The notes beneath the pieces are model-generated. The model saw only the letters and a program-made list of their open reading frames with translations, was not told the DNA's origin and searched no databases. A stretch of 64,000 nucleotides of DNA from an uncultured archaeon (GTDB taxonomy: Archaea > Thermoproteota > Bathyarchaeia > Bathyarchaeales > Bathycorpusculaceae). Positions 52,833 through 61,425 of the stretch are shown in pieces. How positions within the stretch are numbered: the first letter of the stretch is position 1; each line of letters opens with the position of its first letter. The translations under genes and the position numbers were made by a program. Location of the stretch: positions 31,046 to 95,045 of the forward strand of contig CAWALK010000014.1 of the NCBI GenBank assembly GCA_963782915.1. Reading direction: 5' to 3'.

Positions 52833-54152
52833 ATGCAATCTCGATTGTGTGGTTTATTATTACTACTTATACTGATTGGCTCTGTGCTTTCAAGTGTTCT
52901 TCCGTTTATTGGTGTTCAGGCTGAGAGTATACCTGATGTTTTTGTCGGAGTCGACATAGCATACGGTGGCGTCGACGAGGTTAAACAGCTAGCTGATGAG
53001 GTTGGTTCATACACTAATCTTTTTGTACTCGGTTGCACCGCTGTAACCCAAAACCGGCTCAAGCTTGAAGAAGCTTGCCAATATCTTTTTGAAAAGGGCT
53101 TGTTTTTTATCGTCTATCAGGAGTACCCTGTGGATTATAGTTGGCTTAATGTGGCTAAATCGGAGTGGCTTGAGATCGCTAAGACCCGTTGGGGGAGCCA
53201 TTTTTTGGGTTTTTATTATACAGATGAGATTGGAGGGCGGCAGTTAGATCGTGCTTCTGGTTGGATGACTGTTAAAGAAGCTGATAACTACCCTGATGCA
53301 AATAGTCAGTTTAACTCTGGGGCAGGTTCTGCTGTAAGCTGGTTTAGAGATGGTTATTCTGGCGGTAATAATGTTTCTTTGTTTACCTCGGATTATGCGC
53401 TTTATTGGTTTGATTATCAGGCAGGTTACGATGTGGTTTTAGCTCAGTTTGGCTGGAACTATAGTCGGCAAATAAATATTGGTCTTTGCAGAGGTGCCGC
53501 AACCGTGTTAGGCAAAGAATGGGGGGCAATGATAACTTGGACTTACAAGCAACCGCCATACATAGAGTCGGGTGCAGAGCTTTACAATGATCTTTTGTTA
53601 GCATATGACAGTGGAGCAAAGTACATTGTGGTTTTTAATTCAAACAAAGAATATACAGAGAATATTCTTGAAGAGGAACATTTGGATGCTCTAAAGCAAT
53701 TTTGGCTATATTCTCAGCTGAACTCGAGAAAAACAAGTTCGGTTAATGAGCGAACCGCATATGTGCTTCCTAAAGATTATGCGTATGGTTTTCGTGGTCC
53801 AGGTGACAGTATTTGGGGGTTATGGGGAGCAGACAACTTGTCGAATCCAATTAGCATAGATTTAAGCGGTGCCCTTCAAGAATTCGATTCTAAGCTTGAC
53901 ATAATCTATGAAGATGCAGGTGGACTCGGAGGCAAACAGGAGTATAAATCATATATTTATTGGAACAACTCAAGACTCATCTCTTCGATACCTTCAGTAT
54001 CCGCTACAAATTCATTTAATGACAACGAGTCATTTAGGTCTCAAGAGATTCCACTGTATAGTTTTTTGCAAATCAATCTTATGGTCGTTTTGGTAATTAT
54101 TGCTGTGGCTTTGGCAATCTTGGGTTTTATTCTCATTCGTAAAAAAATATAG
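52833..54152 (+). CDS. Membrane-anchored putative glycoside-hydrolase-like protein, paralog of 48286-49689
   Basis: FLGFYYTDEIGGRQLD, LFTSDYALYWFDYQAGYD, WGAMITWTY.QPPY.ESG, GAKYIVVF. Confidence 0.6.
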   Translation: MQSRLCGLLLLLILIGSVLSSVLPFIGVQAESIPDVFVGVDIAYGGVDEVKQLADEVGSYTNLFVLGCTAVTQNRLKLEEACQYLFEKGLFFIVYQEYPVDYSWLNVAKSEWLEIAKTRWGSHFLGFYYTDEIGGRQLDRASGWMTVKEADNYPDANSQFNSGAGSAVSWFRDGYSGGNNVSLFTSDYALYWFDYQAGYDVVLAQFGWNYSRQINIGLCRGAATVLGKEWGAMITWTYKQPPYIESGAELYNDLLLAYDSGAKYIVVFNSNKEYTENILEEEHLDALKQFWLYSQLNSRKTSSVNERTAYVLPKDYAYGFRGPGDSIWGLWGADNLSNPISIDLSGALQEFDSKLDIIYEDAGGLGGKQEYKSYIYWNNSRLISSIPSVSATNSFNDNESFRSQEIPLYSFLQINLMVVLVIIAVALAILGFILIRKKI

Positions 54153-54250
54153 GCAATGAAGAACTCGAGAAACCATAGACGTGGTTGACAAACAATTATA
54201 CCTTAGCATTTTTCGGGAGAACGGACTGAGCGATGGCAAGGAGCGAATGC

Positions 54251-54535
54251 TTAGAAGTAGTCGACGCTACACCCCCTACGACTACTACCAACAAAACAAG
54301 ACCAAACGATTTCAGTAGTAGAAAAAAGTGCAAATTAACCAAAATTCTTCCTTCAATTGATTCACCACTTAAAAGAACAACAACGGACTGCATTGCATTG
54401 TTGTTCTACCGACCAAATCACAAGCAACCAATTAACAGGTAGATGAAGCTGTCTTCGGCAACCTCTTCTACCAATGAATACAGCCGACAACTGAAAGAAC
54501 AACAAACAAAATTATTCAACAGTTGCTGTTCTACC
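54251..54535. repeat. REP/BIME-like palindrome cluster 2: five units in alternating orientation
   Basis: Units at 54251-54289, 54317-54356, 54369-54410, 54438-54474 and 54491-54535. Confidence 0.8.
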
Positions 54536-54571
54536 AGACAAATATTCAGTGGACAAAATTAGTATACCTTA

Positions 54572-54636
54572 TCTAGAATGGTTTAGGATACGTGCCTGGG
54601 GCTTACGCCCGATCCGGGTTCAAACCCAGCGCCCCA
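54572..54636 (+). pseudogene. Decayed tRNA-Pro(GGG) lacking the 5' acceptor strand
   Basis: TCTAG..TGG..TAGGAT D-arm, CGTGC-CTGGGGC-TTACG anticodon arm, CCGGGTTCAAA-CCCAG T-arm, 3' GCCCCA. Confidence 0.65.
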
Positions 54637-54836
54637 CAATCCACGGTCTCGATTAGGTATATTATTTGTTGCCATCCTCCATGTCCTGCAAACTAAAAAC
54701 AATCCTTAAGGTTTTGTTGTCCCCTGCAGAAAAAGCGTATTCTATATAAGGCGCCATTTTCAGAGGAAAGATAGGTAAAGCTCGAGAATCGGGCTAAAGT
54801 TTTAAAACTTCTTTATCTTGCTATCGAGGTTAAACC

Positions 54837-55265
54837 GTGATATCGGACATTTCTAACAAAGTAGGAAAAGCTTCCAGAAGCATCATTCTGCTCGCCATAT
54901 TGATGATTTTGAACGTCGTAATAATTATCCTTTTAACTCCAATCGGCTTTGAGACCCGCCCGCAATCCGCCTTAGAGCCCTTAGGCTACATAGCGATTAC
55001 CAGCATTTTTATCGGTCTAGCACTGGATCTGGCGTCAATCGTGCTTCTCGTCAAAAGAGTTAGAGTTAGATTAGCTTCAGGACTATCGATCGTCAGCTCA
55101 ATCATGTTCTTCCTGATCATTTTCGTAGATCGAACTGGATCCTTCTTTTCGGTGCCGATCCCAGAAGCAATCATTACCCTCGAATACCTCTTCATTGCTG
55201 TGCTAATCCCAACTCTTATTCTAGCATCGAAAGTCTACGTAGACAGTAAGCCGGCTTCAAGCTGA
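54837..55265 (+). CDS. Four-TM membrane protein
   Basis: LLTPIGFETRP and DRTG.FFS motifs; hydrophobic segments. Confidence 0.65.
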   Translation: MISDISNKVGKASRSIILLAILMILNVVIIILLTPIGFETRPQSALEPLGYIAITSIFIGLALDLASIVLLVKRVRVRLASGLSIVSSIMFFLIIFVDRTGSFFSVPIPEAIITLEYLFIAVLIPTLILASKVYVDSKPASS

Positions 55266-55534
55266 TTTCTGTCGACTTTATGGTGCTGGCGCAACCATTT
55301 CTCTGGATTGAGGCATCTTACTTCAAATCTTCTTGGGGTTGTACGGCAAAACATAGGTCTCAACTTGGAAACCATAACGCAAGAATGCAAAAACCAATCC
55401 CAACAAACAGGCGTATACTGAAGATGCGCTCGCCCAAAACCTACAAGAATAGGCGCGAAAAAGCTCCATAGATACATTGTTATAGAAGTTGACGATGCAT
55501 CGCCACCTATGACGACTACTGCCAGCAAAACAGG

Positions 55535-55687
55535 ACACGCCAACTCATCGAGAACTGCGAATGCAAAGACGACTGCCCCTCATGCATATACTCACTAAAA
55601 TGCGGAAACAAAAACCACCTACTAGACAAAAAAGCCGCAAGCATTATCCTGAAGCAGCTCTTAAAAGGCTCGTTAAACAAGAGATAA
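55535..55687 (+). pseudogene. C-terminal DUF1998 (Zn-binding) fragment of an Hrq1/SftH/YprA-type helicase
   Basis: Manual translation [43 protein letters not shown]; no helicase core upstream. Confidence 0.75.
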
Positions 55688-55816
55688 TTTTATCACAAAA
55701 TCGACAAATGCACTTTCTAAAGACGACGCCGCTCTTGTAATATCTAATAAAAAATTCGAAGTAATATGAAATATTAGCGCTAAGCGGCTCAAAACCATTA
55801 TGTATGATTTTATGGC

Positions 55817-55853
55817 GAAAACCCTTTAAGTAGTCACTACCTTTCAGTAGTGA
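55817..55853 (+). promoter_or_regulatory. BRE/TATA followed by palindromic operator
   Basis: GAAAACCCTTTAAG, then TCACTAC-CTTTCA-GTAGTGA ending 9 bp before the GTG start. Confidence 0.5.
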
Positions 55854-55862
55854 ATTGCGGTA

Positions 55863-56492
55863 GTGTACAAATTGACTTTGACCATAAAAAAGGAAGAAGA
55901 ACGCACCGTCTCCAAAGGCGGCAACGCCTCGTTACTCTATCTGCCAAAAGAATACTTTACACCGGGCGAAAAAATAAACTCACAACTTGAAATAGACCCA
56001 GACGGCAACCTCAAAATGGTCCTAACCAAGCGGCTCTTCCATTTTACATGCGATAGCATAAAGAAACTATTTGGAAACAACGCTACCGTCGAATATGATA
56101 AAACAATCGCAGACACCAGAATTTTTAGCGCTACACAAGGAAACATAACGCTAAATTGCACCAAATCAATGAGGGATTTAGAACCAACATATGTTACCGT
56201 TACAAAGCGGTATGAGCAAGTAAAGTCACCTCAAGAATATGGTAAGCTTGCCGAGTCTATGAGTGGATTGTCGAAAAGTAACTTTGATGTTTACTTGGAG
56301 CCTGAGGGTGATTTAGAGTCGTTAAATATCTACAAAAACCCGCAGAAATACAAGCTGAAAGATCAATCGGAAGCAATAGACGCATTGAATGCGACCGATC
56401 GAAAAATTGGTTTTTCGCTTGTTATACGATTTAACAGCAAAAATAACACTGAAGAGCAAATTAGATCGGCAATAAAGCAGCTCAAATCCTAA
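55863..56492 (+). CDS. AbrB/MazE-like N-terminal domain protein
   Basis: ERTVSKGGNASLLYLPKEYF swapped-hairpin pattern plus a 150-aa C-terminal domain. Confidence 0.55.
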   Translation: MYKLTLTIKKEEERTVSKGGNASLLYLPKEYFTPGEKINSQLEIDPDGNLKMVLTKRLFHFTCDSIKKLFGNNATVEYDKTIADTRIFSATQGNITLNCTKSMRDLEPTYVTVTKRYEQVKSPQEYGKLAESMSGLSKSNFDVYLEPEGDLESLNIYKNPQKYKLKDQSEAIDALNATDRKIGFSLVIRFNSKNNTEEQIRSAIKQLKS

Positions 56493-57058
56493 AAGCCCAG
56501 TTTCTCTTTGATGAGCAAAGCAAGGCTTTTTATTACTTCGTCAGCTTTGGGGGTTCTATTCAATCCTATCAATGTTGCCCTGATAGGGGCTTTGTTAATT
56601 ATCTTGCCTTCGCCGTTTAACTTTGAAACAGCTATACAGATTACAGGCAGCTGTAGTTCCATAAAGAGTCGTTGCCAGTTCTTTATTTCGTCTATGCAGT
56701 CTTCACGGCATAAGATAATGGCGTAGTTTGCTTTTTCAGCAATAGTTTTAGATTCAGATGTAATCTTGCCTGGCGCGTCACCGATGACGATTGCATGTCT
56801 TGTAGATGCTTCCTCAAATAAGGCAGCGGCCGTTTTTGCAAGCTCCGGTGTCCAATCCTTTTTAGTGCCTTGTCGCTGTTCCCAACCTTTCGTGCCTCTT
56901 ATGAATTCAAGGGTTGGGCTAGCTAAATCTCGGTCCTCGGCGTATGCGTCGACTCCAAGCGAGCGCAATGCCATCGCCAAACTCTCGGTAAGGGTACTTT
57001 TTCCTGAATTAGGTGGACCACCGATGATGATTCGTACGGGCAAAGTTACCAACATCAA
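56489..57058 (-). CDS. P-loop NTPase resembling the ATPase domain found with Csx3/Crn3
   Basis: IGGPPNSGKST, K..WTPE, IVIGDAPGK, AIIL, W..LF..L.LP.I..S.L.G...P...L.GLNR. Confidence 0.6.
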   Translation of the reverse strand: MMLVTLPVRIIIGGPPNSGKSTLTESLAMALRSLGVDAYAEDRDLASPTLEFIRGTKGWEQRQGTKKDWTPELAKTAAALFEEASTRHAIVIGDAPGKITSESKTIAEKANYAIILCREDCIDEIKNWQRLFMELQLPVICIAVSKLNGEGKIINKAPIRATLIGLNRTPKADEVIKSLALLIKEKLGF

Positions 57059-57104
57059 CCGATTGGTGCATTGACGATAAAAGATTTGTCAGAATATCGC
57101 TAAA

Positions 57105-57269
57105 TTATGATCTGTAGCAGCCTTTGTGGTATAGTTTTCCGTACGTTTCAGGCGGAACTCGGTACTTGAAATTCTTAGACAGAACCTGACCACCCGTTGG
57201 ATAAGTACCGACTATAACAAACTCTTCCCCATCCTCAACCTTACGCTTACAAACTTCACAAACACCCAT
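57105..57269 (-). CDS. Small zinc-finger protein
   Basis: MGVCEVC...YHKGC; GGTGGT SD. Confidence 0.55.
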   Translation of the reverse strand: MGVCEVCKRKVEDGEEFVIVGTYPTGGQVLSKNFKYRVPPETYGKLYHKGCYRS

Positions 57270-57288
57270 ACAACCACCAATGGAAACT

Positions 57289-57375
57289 CTATACAATTGA
57301 AGCATAAATAATGCCGTCTGTGAGGTATGTTTTTACATTTCTTGTTGCCTGGTCTATGCGGGCTTTTTCTATCAT
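57289..57375 (-). pseudogene. Truncated N-terminus of a probable HEPN-domain partner gene
   Basis: ATGA-coupled to the upstream MNT gene; MIEKARIDQATRNVKTYLTDGIIYASIV*. Confidence 0.5.
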
Positions 57376-57989
57376 AGCATTTCCTCCAGTATCTTTAGCA
57401 GCGTCTCGGCGCCGTAGGGGACGATTCTGTTATCTATTGCTTCCCAAGCAACATTAGGCTTTTTCTGTTTAAGCAACTCCATAAATTCGCTGTTTGTTAA
57501 TATGGTCTCGTGGATTCCTATTGGGCTAACATGCTGGATGGAACCTACGGATGCTTCTGCTTCTTTTTCAAAGCTCCGTTCGGGAATGATTATGAGTATG
57601 TCTAAGTCAGATTTTGCTGATGCTGTTTCTTTTACGTTTGATCCGAACAGTATGATTGTAAAAAATGGTGAGGTGATTTTGGAGATTAAATCGTTGATGA
57701 GGAGTTCTATGTCTTTGTTTTTCTGGAAGAATCGGCTGGCTCTTATGCCTTCTATGTAGGCGAGGAGTGCGGTGTTGCCTTTGAGGTTGAGTCTGCAGTA
57801 TGTTACGGGAGGTTTTTTTTCTGCGCTTATGTATTTCTGGTCTGATAGGCGCATGGTCATAGTGTAGGTTATTTTGTAGTCTTTTCCGATTCCTTCTGAT
57901 ATTTGTCGTACAGTGAAGCTTTCCCTGATTTTTGAACTGAGGAATGAGAGGATTTCGATTGAAGTCTTGCTTAAGGGTTCTAAGTACAT
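57372..57989 (-). CDS. wHTH-minimal nucleotidyltransferase (MNT) antitoxin-like protein
   Basis: FTVRQIS..IGKDY wHTH; IILFGS......SDLDILII Pol-beta motif. Confidence 0.8.
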   Translation of the reverse strand: MYLEPLSKTSIEILSFLSSKIRESFTVRQISEGIGKDYKITYTMTMRLSDQKYISAEKKPPVTYCRLNLKGNTALLAYIEGIRASRFFQKNKDIELLINDLISKITSPFFTIILFGSNVKETASAKSDLDILIIIPERSFEKEAEASVGSIQHVSPIGIHETILTNSEFMELLKQKKPNVAWEAIDNRIVPYGAETLLKILEEML

Positions 57990-58101
57990 AATATTATGTA
58001 TCTAAGTACATAACTATTAAGCCTTACGCAAACCTATTGCCCGACACGTAATTCGGCACGCCCACTTTCCTACCACCTAAAAAGACAAAAACTCCTAACT
58101 A

Positions 58102-58782
58102 AGTAGAAGAAGCGCAAATTTTTCAACCTTCTTCTTTCAATATCTTGATCTTCAGAAACCCCTACAAGTTCATCTATAGCCGAAAACTGTCGTCTTTTTA
58201 GTTAGAAGTAGTAGAACAAAGAAAAATTGTTTGTACTTACTTCTAGATAGACCAACAGGGCGGCTTCTTCATTTCTGTTTTGGGTAGTAGTCGCTTAGCA
58301 AATTTCACAGACGACTACTTCCAACGTAATTTGACTTTGTGTGTAGTATGATTTAGTTGATAATGACCGGACAAAATTTCTCTGGTTATCATCAACCCAG
58401 TGGGGATAAGCATGGATTTCTTTAGCGGAGAGTAAAGTGCATTACCGATAGGCTGGCACCCTATAAAGTCGGTTCAGTAGGTAACTCAATAACAAACCCT
58501 AGAAGAAACAAAAACTGTATGTTGCACAGGGAATTTTTTCTTCTTTCGACTCAAGCTGATTCTGTGCAAGCCATCAATTAACGGGTAGAATAAGTGTCCG
58601 TGCGCAACCTTTTTTCGAGCTCAAAACGAGCATATGAAAAATAACTATTTAGAGTAAAGTATTTTCAAAAATTGGTTATTTTGATTTTCCTTACTTGCTG
58701 CATGGTTGTTATACTAACAAGTCATAAACATCCATTTAGGCAATAGAAGAAGTGCGTATTTTTCAACTTTTTTTTCTTTCAA
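58102..58782. repeat. REP/BIME-like palindrome cluster 3
   Basis: Units at 58102-58140, 58202-58246, 58283-58324, 58500-58549, about 58584-58617 (degenerate) and 58743-58782. Confidence 0.75.
58442..58482 (+). repeat. Bulged-hairpin direct repeat, copy 1
   Basis: TTACCGATAGGCTGGCACCCTATAAAGTCGGTTCAGTAGGTA; second copy at 60540. Confidence 0.75.
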
Positions 58783-59000
58783 TACTTTGAATTCTATTAG
58801 AATAGCCGCTGCTTAATTGTCCATCTTCCAGAGGCGTATTGGCGAAATTACCGCAATGATAATCCATCATTCAATCCCGATTTTAAGTGAATTTAATTAG
58901 GTTCAAATATTGCCGCCATCATTGTTTAGACGGATTTTGGAAGGCTTTTTTTAAAACAACTAGTATGTAAGCAAATTCCAATAATGAATGGCGGCGAAAC

Positions 59001-60416
59001 GTGATGGTTCAAGCTGTTTCAAACCAGGTTCTAAGTCGGCAAAGTCGATATCAAAAAGGTAAAGCTCTACGTGATCAAGTACCGTGGGATAACCATAGTC
59101 ATTGGGAACCCGCTAAAAACCGTCCTGACCCCCTAAGGCTTCTGCTTGAGCGAGACCAAGGACGCCTCCAGCGCCTACTGCCCATAAAGTACGGTCGCAT
59201 GTCAGCATCAACTTTCGCGTTTCTACGCGGTTCGGCAGCAATCATGGCAGCCGATCTTGCCACTACGCCTAACAGTGGAATTGAAACAATGCTTTGTGGG
59301 GATGCGCACCTGAACAATTTTGGCATTTTTGCTACACCTGAACGTAAACTGGTCTTTGACATGAATGACTTTGACGAATGTTATCCGGGTCCTTGGGAAT
59401 GGGATCTCAAACGGTTAGCTGCCAGTGCAGTCGTTGCCGGTCGAGAAAAAGGGTTCACTGAAACTGATAATTGGAAAATTGCCCAGGTTGTCGCTAAAAC
59501 TTATCGTGAGACGATGCATGCGTTTACCGAGATGTCAACTTTGGATGTTTGGTATTTTCATGTGGATGAAAATCAATTGCTGAAAGCTTTTGAATTCTCA
59601 AAGAAAGCATCCAAAGTTGCCAATAAAGCAGTCAAAAAGGCGCGCGGTCGAACACAAGAGCTAACTCTTGAAAAACTCACTGAATTAATTTATGGGCAAC
59701 GTCAATTTATCAATAATCCGCCGTTGTTAATTCGTTTAAACGAGATACTTTCTACTGATATTTTGCCTGAGGAAGAAAAAGTAAGGATTACAGAAAAGAA
59801 TCTTGAGAAGGCATGGTTTGATTACTTGAACAGTTTGGCCGAGGATCGCCGTGACTTGCTTTCCCGTTTCCGTATTGTGGATGGCGCTTTACGGGTTGTT
59901 GGTGTTGGCAGCGTTGGAACTCGCTGTGCCATCATGCTATTGCAAGGTGGGGGAGATAACGACATGCTTATACTTCAGCAGAAAGAGGCTGGGCCATCTG
60001 TACTGGAGAGGTATTTGCCTCATAGAGAATTTGCTAGTCAAGCGCAGCGTGTGGTAATAGGTCAGCGGTTGATGCAGGCTGCAAGTGATATTTTCTTGGG
60101 TTGGAGTCACGGTTTGGGTTCTGAGCTTCAGTATTATTGGCGTCAGCTAAAAGATATGAAAGGATCTATTGATGTCTCGTTTTTGGATTTAAAAGGATTT
60201 ATGATTTATCTTGAAACTTGTAGTTGTTGTTTAGCAAGAGCTCATGCACGAGCAGGTGACGCAGCAAAGATTTCAGGGTATTTAGATCAGGGTTCGCCAT
60301 TTGATAGTGCGATAGCAGGATTTGCTGTGGCTTATGCAGACCAGGCTGAGTTGGACCATCAAGCTTTGGTTGATGCTATTGATTCAGGTCGCGTTGAAGC
60401 CCAAACAGGCGTCTAA
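59001..60416 (+). CDS. DUF2252 family kinase-like protein
   Basis: YGRMSAS.FAFLRGSA, CGDAHL.NFG, FD.NDFDE, RVVGVGSVG.RC, YWRQLKDMKGS. Confidence 0.92.
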   Translation: MMVQAVSNQVLSRQSRYQKGKALRDQVPWDNHSHWEPAKNRPDPLRLLLERDQGRLQRLLPIKYGRMSASTFAFLRGSAAIMAADLATTPNSGIETMLCGDAHLNNFGIFATPERKLVFDMNDFDECYPGPWEWDLKRLAASAVVAGREKGFTETDNWKIAQVVAKTYRETMHAFTEMSTLDVWYFHVDENQLLKAFEFSKKASKVANKAVKKARGRTQELTLEKLTELIYGQRQFINNPPLLIRLNEILSTDILPEEEKVRITEKNLEKAWFDYLNSLAEDRRDLLSRFRIVDGALRVVGVGSVGTRCAIMLLQGGGDNDMLILQQKEAGPSVLERYLPHREFASQAQRVVIGQRLMQAASDIFLGWSHGLGSELQYYWRQLKDMKGSIDVSFLDLKGFMIYLETCSCCLARAHARAGDAAKISGYLDQGSPFDSAIAGFAVAYADQAELDHQALVDAIDSGRVEAQTGV

Positions 60417-60539
60417 CAATTGTTATAGCATACGACCCGTCACATATGATTATTAAACGGGTTTCTAAAAATATTTGAGCAAGAATAACAGCTCCCCCAA
60501 AATCTTGCTCGTTGCCCTTCTAACGTTAGCAGTCGAGCT

Positions 60540-60582
60540 TTACCGATAGGCTGACTCCCTAGAAAGTCGGTTCAGTCGGGTA
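60540..60582 (+). repeat. Bulged-hairpin direct repeat, copy 2
   Basis: TTACCGATAGGCTGACTCCCTAGAAAGTCGGTTCAGTCGGGTA. Confidence 0.75.
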
Positions 60583-60623
60583 CCACGTGCACTAAAGACA
60601 GTAGATATACGCAAATCGTATAA

Positions 60624-60785
60624 ACTGAACCTAAATATTACAGCGTATGTCAAATAGACGACGGCACGTTAATAGTGCCCGATCCAATTGCAGGCAAAAT
60701 CGAGTTGCCAAATAGGCTTGTTAAGATAATCGAAGAGCCTACAACTTTAAAAGAAATCATTGAAGGGATAAAAATTGCCAGTTAA
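60624..60785 (+). pseudogene. Internally deleted HD-phosphohydrolase-like gene relic
   Basis: ...IVPDPIAGKIELP..LVKIIEEP matches the DP..G.I.L....II..P N-terminus of SAMHD1/YwfO-like proteins, then stops while overlapping the next gene's start. Confidence 0.5.
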
Positions 60786-61206
60786 CCGCGATATTCCGTT
60801 ACTCATTGCAGTTTTTGGTTTACACCAAAACAAAACCATAGCTGGTAGAACACGTATCCAAAAAGAAATTTGCTTGCTGAAATACAAATCACAATTGCCA
60901 TTCACATTTGAGTATAAGTCATATTTCTATGGACCATACTCAGAAGAACTATCCGATACAATTAACACACTAGTCGGCGTAAAATTATTAGAAGAAACAG
61001 TAACTTCTGTTGGCTATAACTCCTACAGATATGACTATTCCTTAACAAAACAAGGCGAAGAACTGTTTACAAAGGTAAACCAAGAAGCCGGCGATTTAAT
61101 AAGCAAACTTCGAGCCGAGATAAACACATTTGAGGCAATGTCAACTCCAGAGTTAGTTGCAACAGCCAAGATGGCTAGTGGATTAAATTCTATCTGTAGT
61201 CATTAG
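60775..61206 (+). CDS. YwgA/DUF4065 (Panacea)-like wHTH antitoxin-type protein
   Basis: GRTRIQK...L, F.Y..YFYGPYSEEL, YSLT..G. Confidence 0.75.
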   Translation: MPVNRDIPLLIAVFGLHQNKTIAGRTRIQKEICLLKYKSQLPFTFEYKSYFYGPYSEELSDTINTLVGVKLLEETVTSVGYNSYRYDYSLTKQGEELFTKVNQEAGDLISKLRAEINTFEAMSTPELVATAKMASGLNSICSH

Positions 61207-61227
61207 CTGTCTCAGCCGTCTTAATTG

Positions 61228-61328
61228 GAAGAAGAAGTGGAAATTTTTCAACCTTCTTATTCTTTTAAGATAGGGTTCAGTTGAAAGAACAACAACAAAC
61301 CAATTTTTGCAACTGTTGTTGTTCTACC
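61228..61328. repeat. REP/BIME-like palindrome cluster 4: inverted pair
   Basis: GAAGAAGAAG-N-CTTCTTATTCTTTTAA, 12-bp linker, TTGAAAGAACAACAACA-N-TGTTGTTGTTCTACC. Confidence 0.75.
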
Positions 61329-61425
61329 AGTCGTTTATCATCTCTGTATAGCTTCGTAGCGTCAGTCCGTTATTTTTATCGACTCTGGGAAAACAGAGCA
61401 AAACTTAAGTGCAAATCGCTTAAAA

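Noticed and set aside
54251-54535. CRISPR array
   Set aside because: Units alternate in orientation and differ in stem sequence, linkers recur between clusters rather than being unique spacers, and no cas genes are present.
54572-54636. Functional tRNA gene
   Set aside because: No 5' acceptor strand, mismatched anticodon stem and shortened T-loop.
52508-61328. Canonical integron attC sites
   Set aside because: Some units have a GTTRRA end, but they lack the RYYYAAC...GTTRRRY arrangement, are shorter than typical attC, occur in clusters rather than one per gene, and no integrase is visible.
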